From the IMG/VR virus record IMGVR_UViG_3300025018_000411, positions 1 through 30,775 of that record: DNA of 30,775 bases; one strand, given 5' to 3'. The stretch is from a virus. Its lineage: Duplodnaviria > Caudoviricetes. Shown here in pieces: positions 16,871 through 23,475 of this stretch. The first letter of the stretch is position 1. Each line of letters starts with the position of its first letter. The notes beneath the pieces were generated by a model. It searched no databases and was not told the origin of the DNA. It worked only from the letters and a program-made list of their open reading frames with translations. The translations under genes were made by a program, and so were the position numbers.

Positions 16871-17035
16871 TTATTTAAATGATTTTTTAGCACATTGTTC
16901 ACAATATCCTTCTTGGGCTTCACATTGCTCTGCTGTTAGTTCTTCGCCACATTCACAAAGATGACTTCCATCTTGACCTCCGCAGGTATCGCAGATTGTT
17001 TCAATTTCTTTGTCGTAATGTTTTTCAGGGTTCAT
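16871..17035 (-). CDS. 54-aa Cys-rich zinc-binding peptide (below ORF-track cutoff)
   Basis: MNPEKHYDKEIETICDTCGGQDGSHLCECGEELTAEQCEAQEGYCEQCAKKSFK; first ORF after leftward promoter. Confidence 0.7.
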   Translation of the reverse strand: MNPEKHYDKEIETICDTCGGQDGSHLCECGEELTAEQCEAQEGYCEQCAKKSFK

Positions 17036-17067
17036 AAGTTTTTTAATTAATATTTAATGATAATTCT

Positions 17068-17096
17068 ATTATACTCCCTTTATTATTTATGGTCAA
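17068..17096 (-). promoter_or_regulatory. Leftward sigma70 promoter
   Basis: TTGACC-17 nt-TATAAT. Confidence 0.8.
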
Positions 17097-17106
17097 TAGG
17101 TCTTTC

Positions 17107-17115
17107 TGTGGATAA
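17107..17115 (-). promoter_or_regulatory. Perfect DnaA box between divergent promoters
   Basis: TGTGGATAA = reverse complement of TTATCCACA. Confidence 0.55.
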
Positions 17116-17164
17116 CTTCTCCCTTTATTATAATAAAATGCTATAAAGCCTTTATTAAAGCCTA

Positions 17165-17193
17165 TTGACAGAATATTACTTTTAACATATAAT
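17165..17193 (+). promoter_or_regulatory. Rightward sigma70 promoter (perfect consensus)
   Basis: TTGACA-17 nt-TATAAT. Confidence 0.9.
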
Positions 17194-17228
17194 GGGTATA
17201 TAAAGAATAAATAATAATTTTTAAAACT

Positions 17229-17390
17229 ATGCCAAGACCAATTAAATGGGTAGATAAAGGCTTTAAAGCAATTAAAGTAAAAGTTGATGTCAACACCCAT
17301 AAACAGTATAAGGAGAAACTCAGAAAAATAAACTCTACAGCACAAGATCATTTAGCTGAACAAATAAAAGAAAAGATAAACGAAAAATAA
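17229..17390 (+). CDS. 53-aa ribbon-helix-helix-like regulator (below ORF-track cutoff)
   Basis: MPRPIKWVDKGFKAIKVKVDVNTHKQYKEKLRKINSTAQDHLAEQIKEKINEK: alternating beta strand, helix, turn, helix as in Arc/ParG; first gene after promoter. Confidence 0.65.
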   Translation: MPRPIKWVDKGFKAIKVKVDVNTHKQYKEKLRKINSTAQDHLAEQIKEKINEK

Positions 17391-17421
17391 CATTCCCCAA
17401 TTTATAATTAATTTAAAACTT

Positions 17422-17595
17422 ATGTCTGAAGGACAAAAAACACTAAGCTTCAGCGAGGCTGATGTCAAAAGATTTTAAAAACAATACAAGGAGGCAGTTG
17501 AGAAAGAAAAGGAAACATTCAATTTTGATGACAACGACTTTCTAACTCAATATGCTAAATATCTACTTGAATATTTAGAAGGACAACTTAAATAA
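17422..17595 (+). pseudogene. Small early gene interrupted by in-frame TAA at 17476-17478
   Basis: MSEGQKTLSFSEADVKRF*KQYKEAVEKEKETFNFDDNDFLTQYAKYLLEYLEGQLK reads as one protein in one frame. Confidence 0.65.
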
Positions 17596-17609
17596 ATAAA
17601 AAAACTTAT

Positions 17610-18680
17610 ATGAGCAAAGAATTACAACTAAACCCTGAGGAAAAAAAAGTTAGTATTGTTAATCAATATACTAATGAGCAGCTTCAGGTGATTAAACAGC
17701 ACATTGCTGTTGGCGCAACAAACGATGAATTGATTTATTTCCTTCAAGTTTGTAAAGCACAAAACCTAGATCCCCTATCAAAACAAATCTATTTTGTTAA
17801 GAGAGGTGGCCAAATGAATATTCAAACTGGTATTGATGGTTATAGAGCAATGGCTGAGCAGTCAGGAACTCTGGCAGGGATTGATGATCCTGTTTATGAT
17901 ACTGAGGATGCTAAAAATCCTAACAAGGCAACTGTTACTGTTTATAAAATGATGAGAGGGGTGAGAACACCATTTACAGCATCGGCAAGATGGAGCGAGT
18001 ATGTTCCTTCCGGTGGTCAAGCTTTTATGTGGAACAAGATGCCCTATCTTATGCTTGGCAAAGTGGCTGAAGCGCTTGCACTGAGGAAAGCTTTTCCAAA
18101 GAATTTGGGAGGAGTTTATACTGAAGAAGAAATGGCGCAATCAGGAGGACTAAATAAAACTCAATTAACTGGTGGTCTTGAAACAATGGTTACAGCGAAG
18201 CAGATTGATAAGTTAAAATATTTAGTTAAAGAAAGAGGCCGAGATATGGATAAGATGGTTAAATATTATAATAGAGAAAGACTGGAAGATTTCAGTTATG
18301 ATGAAGCTGAACAGGCTATGAAAATGCTTGAAAGCTTACCGGTTGTTGAGAAAGCAACAACTATAAAAAAGGAAGCTGATCCGATTGAAGAACAAGAAGC
18401 GGAAATTTCAGAAAACTTTGAAGCTGAAGAAAAGAGTAAAGAAAGTTATGCTGAAACTGCTGCTAAAGCTTTTAATGGTAAAGTTATAAAGAGAGATACT
18501 GAGCCTGAAGTTGAGGAAATGCCGGATGATGAAAAGAAAGCTATTATTGAGGAGATTAAAATATTAGCAAAAGAGAAGAAAGTATTTATGACAGTTTTGG
18601 CTAGGAAATATGATAAGAAAGATTTGAGTGAATTAACAATGGAACAGTTGGATGCTATTTACCAAGAGCTAAGCAAGTAA
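17610..18680 (+). CDS. bet: Single-strand annealing recombinase, Bet/RecT family, long acidic C-terminus
   Basis: ATNDEL..FL..C....LDP..KQIYFVK, IQTGIDGYR..A, W.KMP..ML.KVAEA.ALRKAFP..LGGVYTEEEM. Confidence 0.92.
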   Translation: MSKELQLNPEEKKVSIVNQYTNEQLQVIKQHIAVGATNDELIYFLQVCKAQNLDPLSKQIYFVKRGGQMNIQTGIDGYRAMAEQSGTLAGIDDPVYDTEDAKNPNKATVTVYKMMRGVRTPFTASARWSEYVPSGGQAFMWNKMPYLMLGKVAEALALRKAFPKNLGGVYTEEEMAQSGGLNKTQLTGGLETMVTAKQIDKLKYLVKERGRDMDKMVKYYNRERLEDFSYDEAEQAMKMLESLPVVEKATTIKKEADPIEEQEAEISENFEAEEKSKESYAETAAKAFNGKVIKRDTEPEVEEMPDDEKKAIIEEIKILAKEKKVFMTVLARKYDKKDLSELTMEQLDAIYQELSK

Positions 18681-18684
18681 ATAT

Positions 18685-19281
18685 ATGAAGATAATAAACC
18701 TTGAACAAGGAACTGAGGAATGGTTTGCTGCAAGAATTGGCAAGCTTACAGCATCCAATGCTCAGGCTATAGGAGCGAATGGAAAGGGTCTTGAAACATA
18801 TATTATAAAGATAATGTCAGAAAAGTATTCAAAGGGAGATCGGAAGAACTTTGCTAATGAACATACTGATAGGGGGAATGAGCTAGAACCAAAAGCAAGA
18901 GAGTTATATTCTTTTTTAAATGATACAGAAGTTAAAGAGGTTGGGATGATGAAGCTGAATGAATATGTTAGTTGCTCCCCTGACGGATTAGTTGGAGATG
19001 ATGGAGGAGTGGAGATTAAATGTCCTGATGATATCGGTTATTTCAAATTCTTTATTGATGGAGAGAAAAACATTGATAGCAAATATCTTTGGCAAATTCA
19101 GATGAACCTCTTAATTTCAGGAAGAAAATGGTGGGATTTCGTAGCTTATAATCCCAACTTTGATAAATCAATGTTTGTTTTCAGAATATTTCCTGATGAG
19201 GAAAAGTTTAAAAAACTTGAAGCCGGATTTGAAGTAGGGATAAAGAAAATAAAAGAGATAGATAAAAAACTAAGTCAATAA
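18685..19281 (+). CDS. exo: YqaJ / lambda exonuclease family nuclease
   Basis: EQGTEEWF..RIGKLTAS, RGNELEP.AR, SPDGLV, EIKCP, Y.WQIQ, WWDFVAY. Confidence 0.92.
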   Translation: MKIINLEQGTEEWFAARIGKLTASNAQAIGANGKGLETYIIKIMSEKYSKGDRKNFANEHTDRGNELEPKARELYSFLNDTEVKEVGMMKLNEYVSCSPDGLVGDDGGVEIKCPDDIGYFKFFIDGEKNIDSKYLWQIQMNLLISGRKWWDFVAYNPNFDKSMFVFRIFPDEEKFKKLEAGFEVGIKKIKEIDKKLSQ

Positions 19282-19285
19282 TTAT

Positions 19286-19627
19286 ATGCAATCCAAAAGA
19301 ATAAAAAATCTTCAAGGGATGGTATATACAACATTGGAGGCAGATGAGTCTTCTAGGAATAGTGATATTAGACTAACTCAGGTTATTTGGTATAGATATT
19401 TTCAGAAGTATTTATTTAAGAATGATAAAGATCGTTGGTGTGTAGAGCTATCTTCAATGTTTGAACTTCCAAGAGAAGATAATATAAAAAGGATCAGAGC
19501 TAAAATTCAGAACGAGGAGAAGAAGTTTCTCCCCTCAGATCCTGAAGTTAGAAAACAGAGGAAAATAAGCGAAGATGATTGGTATGATTGGGCTGCCGGT
19601 AATAAATTAAATCCTGCTTATGGATAA
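19286..19627 (+). CDS. Hypothetical early protein
   Basis: 113 aa; SRNSD..L...IW and I.RIR.KIQ......LP motifs recurrent in phage early genes. Confidence 0.75.
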   Translation: MQSKRIKNLQGMVYTTLEADESSRNSDIRLTQVIWYRYFQKYLFKNDKDRWCVELSSMFELPREDNIKRIRAKIQNEEKKFLPSDPEVRKQRKISEDDWYDWAAGNKLNPAYG

Positions 19628-19802
19628 TAAAATTCACAAAATCCACAAAATCCACAAAATAAAAAGTCAGTCTGATCCGAAAACTGTTTATGATGTAACA
19701 ATATTTGAAGATGGCTTTTCAACCTGCACTTGTCCTTATTATCAATTCCGGCAAGACTGCAAGCATATAAAATTTATAAACGATAAATATTATAAAAAAT
19801 AA
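19620..19802 (+). CDS. SWIM zinc-finger protein
   Basis: S.SDP...Y.V, CTCP......CKHI; N-terminal KIH x3 from a 9-nt tandem repeat. Confidence 0.8.
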   Translation: MDNKIHKIHKIHKIKSQSDPKTVYDVTIFEDGFSTCTCPYYQFRQDCKHIKFINDKYYKK

Positions 19803-19814
19803 ATAACAATCCCT

Positions 19815-20024
19815 ATGTTAAAAAGATTTAAACTAGAAAAGGTGAGAAATCGCCTGAAAGAATTGCTCATAGATAAGAGTGATGATCCAAGAATAACAAT
19901 TCAGATTTATGAAAGAGATGCTCTCTACTCAGTATTTGAAGAAGTTTATTACAAAGGAGTTTCAGAAGGCCGGAGAGTGGAAAAGAAATATCTTGAGAGA
20001 AAAGTTAGAGAGATAATTAATTAA
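19815..20024 (+). CDS. Hypothetical protein
   Basis: 69-aa ORF in operon. Confidence 0.65.
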   Translation: MLKRFKLEKVRNRLKELLIDKSDDPRITIQIYERDALYSVFEEVYYKGVSEGRRVEKKYLERKVREIIN

Positions 20025-20037
20025 TAATAAAACAACT

Positions 20038-20397
20038 ATGAGCAAACAACTACAATTATTTTTTGATAAAACCCTAGACAACGAGAGAAAAGTTAAAGAT
20101 ATAAAAAGGATGATCAAGGATGCGCTTATATCATCTCAACAATATTCAGAGCTTGAAGAAAAAAGAAAAGAGATAGTAAATAAAATGAGGCAAGTTCAAG
20201 AGGCTATCTTAAGCGATTATAATTCAGAGATTGATAAGCTAGATCTTCTAAAGACTGAGGTTGAACACGACAAACTAATGATATCAGACAAAGCCTTGAA
20301 TGAACTTGTAAAAGGTAAAATGATTGAACCGGTTGAAGATAAGTTTGGAAATAAATATGAGGCTCAATTAATTGTTAAATTTAAAAAAATTAAATAA
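20038..20397 (+). CDS. Hypothetical coiled-coil protein
   Basis: 119-aa ORF, helical with C-terminal beta hairpin. Confidence 0.75.
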   Translation: MSKQLQLFFDKTLDNERKVKDIKRMIKDALISSQQYSELEEKRKEIVNKMRQVQEAILSDYNSEIDKLDLLKTEVEHDKLMISDKALNELVKGKMIEPVEDKFGNKYEAQLIVKFKKIK

Positions 20398-20428
20398 ATA
20401 TAAAGGTATGACAAATATTGGATTTAGT

Positions 20429-20797
20429 ATGGAAAACAAAATTACAATCAATGGCAAGACTTACATCGAAGAGTCAACCATTTCCAAAACAACACTAGCA
20501 AAACCATCTAAAGGGATGAAGTTTTGCATTATCAGGACTTATTCAGCAGGAGTTTTTGCTGGTTATATTAAAAAAAGAGAGGGAAAAGAAGCAACTATTA
20601 TTAATTCAAGAAGAATTTGGTATTGGGATGGTGCAGCTTCATTATCACAATTAGCGATGGAGGGAACAAACAAACCAGAAAACTGTAAATTTGCAATGGA
20701 AGTTCCAGAAACAGAACTAACAGAAGTTATTGAAATTATATCCTGCACTGAGAAAGCTAAAAATAATATACTAAACGTATCCGTATGGAAGAAATAA
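20429..20797 (+). CDS. DUF6948 family protein
   Basis: CIIRTYSAGVFAG, RRIWYWDGAASLSQLAMEG, EVIEII.CT.KA; start may instead be 20408. Confidence 0.8.
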   Translation: MENKITINGKTYIEESTISKTTLAKPSKGMKFCIIRTYSAGVFAGYIKKREGKEATIINSRRIWYWDGAASLSQLAMEGTNKPENCKFAMEVPETELTEVIEIISCTEKAKNNILNVSVWKK

Positions 20798-21030
20798 AAA
20801 GCTCTGGCTCTGGCTATGGCTCTGGCTCTGGCGATGGCTCTGGCTCTGGCGATGGCTATGGCTCTGGCTATGGCTCTGGCTCTGGCGATGGCTATGGCTC
20901 TGGCGATGGCTCTGGCTCTGGCTATGGCTCTGGCTCTGGCGATGGCTCTGGCTCTGGCTATGGCTCTGGCTCTGGCGATGGCTATGGCTCTGGCGATGGC
21001 TCTGGCTCTGGCTATGGCTCTGGCGAATAA
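20785..21030 (+). CDS. Poly(Gly-X) protein, X = Ser/Asp/Tyr
   Basis: ATG overlapping DUF6948 end; 81 aa, almost all GS/GD/GY. Confidence 0.7.
   Translation: MEEIKSSGSGYGSGSGDGSGSGDGYGSGYGSGSGDGYGSGDGSGSGYGSGSGDGSGSGYGSGSGDGYGSGDGSGSGYGSGE
20801..21026 (+). repeat. Hexamer tandem array of GGCTCT/GGCGAT/GGCTAT
   Basis: About 37 units from only three variants, with a higher-order duplication of 90-nt period. Confidence 0.95.
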
Positions 21031-21053
21031 GATTAAATAATTAAGATATAAGT

Positions 21054-21659
21054 ATGTCATTAACAAAAAAACAAGTACTAGAAAAACTAGATGATGTTAA
21101 AAAATACATCACCGAAATTGAAGACGATAAAGTAAAACAAAAAGAAGAAAAGAAGTTTGAAATTAAAAACAGATTTACTGGTAATGTAATTCACACCTCT
21201 TCTAAAACAACCTACAAAGAAATATTAGAGGAAGCAGTTAAGAGCGGAGCTAACCTACACGGAGTTGACCTACACGGAGCTAACCTATACGGAGCTAACC
21301 TACGCGAAGCTAACCTACGCGAAGCTGACCTATACGGAGTTGACCTAGACGGAGCTAACCTATACGGAGCTAACCTATACGGAGCTGACCTACACGGAGC
21401 TAACCTATACGGAGCTGACCTACACGGAGCTGACCTACACGGAGCTAACCTATACGGAGCTGACCTACGCGAAGCTGACCTACGCGAAGCTAACCTATAC
21501 GGAGTTGACCTACGCGGAGTTGACCTAGACGGAGTTGACCTACACGGAGCTAACCTATACGGAGCTGACCTACGCGGAGTTGACCTAGACGGAGCTGAAA
21601 TGCAAAATGTTAAATTTTATGGCAAAGGAGGAAGCACTAAAATAAAAAAATCACATTAA
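21054..21659 (+). CDS. Pentapeptide repeat protein
   Basis: FEIKNRFTG.VI N-terminal domain followed by 23 (G/E)(A/V)(N/D)L(H/Y/R/D) units. Confidence 0.92.
   Translation: MSLTKKQVLEKLDDVKKYITEIEDDKVKQKEEKKFEIKNRFTGNVIHTSSKTTYKEILEEAVKSGANLHGVDLHGANLYGANLREANLREADLYGVDLDGANLYGANLYGADLHGANLYGADLHGADLHGANLYGADLREADLREANLYGVDLRGVDLDGVDLHGANLYGADLRGVDLDGAEMQNVKFYGKGGSTKIKKSH
21246..21590 (+). repeat. 15-nt tandem repeat x23
   Basis: Consensus GGAGCTAACCTATAC with invariant synonymous positions. Confidence 0.95.
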
Positions 21660-21826
21660 TGAATGGGCTGAACAAGGTAAATACGATGTTCATAAAAGCA
21701 CAAAACATTTTGTTAGAATCAGGAAGAACGGGAACAAAATATTGGATTGAGTTAGAAAAAGAAAATCAAAGGATAATGGCTAAACTTCTTGATAATGCTG
21801 TTGAAAAAGACAGAGATTTTAATTAA
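21659..21826 (+). CDS. 55-aa hypothetical protein, TAATG-coupled to pentapeptide gene
   Basis: MNGLNKVNTMFIKAQNILLESGRTGTKYWIELEKENQRIMAKLLDNAVEKDRDFN. Confidence 0.5.
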   Translation: MNGLNKVNTMFIKAQNILLESGRTGTKYWIELEKENQRIMAKLLDNAVEKDRDFN

Positions 21827-21858
21827 ACAACGGAGAGTGTAACTCCAACGTAAATAAT

Positions 21859-22464
21859 ATGTTATTCAACAAAAACAACCTAATAATTGCGGGGATTACC
21901 TCCAAGAAAACATTTAGACCGGAACTTTCGGCAGTCCTTTTTAAGACAGACAGAACAGTTGCTACCGATAGCTACTCCCTAATAGAAGTCAAAAATCCAG
22001 ATTATATGCAAGATGCAGAATTTCCTACCATAGAGGGCGAAGAGGTGAAAAGAGAAATTAACGAAATAATCCCTAGAAAATCGGTTCTAAAAGCCTGTAA
22101 AAATTTATCCAAAGTTAAAAATCAAGCACTGGAAGTATTACAGAATGCTGTATTGCTAGAAGGAGAACAAGTAGGACTAGCAACAACAGACCTTGAAAAA
22201 ATATACATTGTAAGGACAAGGAAAGTTGACGGTGAATATCCAGACTATAAACAAGCAATACCGTCAGATTATTCTGAACACAAAACTGTTACAGTTGATG
22301 TTAAAAGACTTAAGGAGCTTTTAAGCATTCTAGACAAAATGGATATAAAAGAAAAACAAATAGAATTTTATATAAAAGATGGAAGTTTACCACTTGTTAT
22401 AAAAGCAGTAACAGTCCAAAAACAAGAAATAACCGCAATGTTAATGCCAATTAAAAATATCTAA
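21859..22464 (+). CDS. DNA polymerase III beta-clamp-like protein, two domains only
   Basis: RPELSAVLF...VATDSYSL, IIPRK, DGEYPDYKQAIP, PLVIK, MLMPI correspond to DnaN domains II-III; 201 aa. Confidence 0.8.
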   Translation: MLFNKNNLIIAGITSKKTFRPELSAVLFKTDRTVATDSYSLIEVKNPDYMQDAEFPTIEGEEVKREINEIIPRKSVLKACKNLSKVKNQALEVLQNAVLLEGEQVGLATTDLEKIYIVRTRKVDGEYPDYKQAIPSDYSEHKTVTVDVKRLKELLSILDKMDIKEKQIEFYIKDGSLPLVIKAVTVQKQEITAMLMPIKNI

Positions 22465-22470
22465 ACCAAT

Positions 22471-22653
22471 ATGAAACACTTCTTAACAATGATAACAATC
22501 CTTTTCACCTTAATTGCCTTTTGGGTTGGAGCTTTATTTGTACTTAGTTCGTTTGTGAGGGCAGATGAAGTAATGATGCAGGCGACAGTAGAGGAAACGG
22601 AGATAAATAAATGTGTAGAAATTTTAAAAGAAGCAGGCTATATTAAAAATTAA
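22471..22653 (+). CDS. Small membrane or secreted protein
   Basis: N-terminal hydrophobic helix, possible VRA-D signal cleavage. Confidence 0.6.
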   Translation: MKHFLTMITILFTLIAFWVGALFVLSSFVRADEVMMQATVEETEINKCVEILKEAGYIKN

Positions 22654-22663
22654 TAATAAAAAA

Positions 22664-23158
22664 ATGAAACAAGACAACCTCATAAAAATAGTTGAGCCTC
22701 ACAAGATAATCTCAAGGGAGGTAACACCAACTGATGTTGAAAGAGTTTATTATGATGCTAAAGAAATGTATAAACTGATTGGAACTAAAATTGGAAGATA
22801 TGAAAATTTCTATTCGATTGCTCATTGTCAAATAACGAAGGATGACCCACTGAGATTTTTCTTATTAAATCCAAATGAACCATCCTTCAGGGATATGCCG
22901 GAAGCAATTATAATAAATCCAAAAATACTAAGACATACAAATCAGGTTATAGAAAAAGAAGAAGGTTGTTTGAGCTATGCTAATCTCCCAACAATAAAGG
23001 TTGAAAGATGGAATAAGTGTGAGGTTGAGTTTTCATATTTGAAAGAGGATATGACCATAAGCGAAAAGATAGTAATGAATGTTTCAGGGAAGGTTGCACA
23101 AGTGTTCCAACACGAAATCCAACATATGCGAGGAGAGTATATTTATAAAATAAACTAA
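22664..23158 (+). CDS. def: Peptide deformylase-like protein
   Basis: IINPKI, EEGCLS, QVFQHEIQH.RG; motif 1 degenerate (YSIAHCQ). Confidence 0.85.
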   Translation: MKQDNLIKIVEPHKIISREVTPTDVERVYYDAKEMYKLIGTKIGRYENFYSIAHCQITKDDPLRFFLLNPNEPSFRDMPEAIIINPKILRHTNQVIEKEEGCLSYANLPTIKVERWNKCEVEFSYLKEDMTISEKIVMNVSGKVAQVFQHEIQHMRGEYIYKIN

Positions 23159-23163
23159 AAATT

Positions 23164-23319
23164 ATGAAAATCGCTTTACAAATTTTTTCTTGGATCGCAG
23201 TTGCTCTTGGCTTCTTGGCAGTGCTAGTAGGAGAAGGAGATTATTATGCATTTATTGGTGGAGCGCTGTTTATGACACAAGGGATTTTATCCCTGATCTA
23301 TATCAGCAAATATCAATAG
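23164..23319 (+). CDS. 51-aa two-TM membrane protein (below ORF-track cutoff)
   Basis: MKIALQIFSWIAVALGFLAVLVGEGDYYAFIGGALFMTQGILSLIYISKYQ; ATG 5 nt after def stop, ends before terminator. Confidence 0.7.
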   Translation: MKIALQIFSWIAVALGFLAVLVGEGDYYAFIGGALFMTQGILSLIYISKYQ

Positions 23320-23331
23320 GCAGACAAGCAA

Positions 23332-23368
23332 ACAAAAAGACTGGTCTATTTTGGATCAGTCTTTTTGT
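23332..23368. terminator. Bidirectional intrinsic terminator
   Basis: ACAAAAAGACTGGTCT-ATTTT-GGATCAGTCTTTTTGT between convergent genes. Confidence 0.85.
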
Positions 23369-23475
23369 ATTGGCCGATATCCTTTAATCGTTAAGGCGAT
23401 CAGCTCAGCACAAGTTTTTTGTTTTTATTAAACTAGTGATATTGTTTTTGTTTTCACTAATATCTTACTGTTTAA

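Noticed and set aside
17043-17351. 102-aa minus-strand ORF
   Set aside because: Spans both promoters and is antisense to the RHH gene; non-protein-like composition
17476-17478. Stop-codon reassignment
   Set aside because: Single case; TAA, TAG and TGA all end genes normally and long genes are intact in code 11
20563-21066. Alternative ORFs over the hexamer array (poly-ARAI on minus, poly-MALA on plus)
   Set aside because: By-products of a stop-free hexamer repeat; the Gly-X frame has the coupled start and fits operon direction
20801-21590. Repeat arrays as CRISPR or DGR template/variable repeats
   Set aside because: No unique spacers, no cas or reverse transcriptase gene, variation not confined to adenines, arrays are coding
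23190-23387. 65-aa plus-strand ORF
   Set aside because: TTG start, runs through the terminator; the 23164-23319 frame is the better gene
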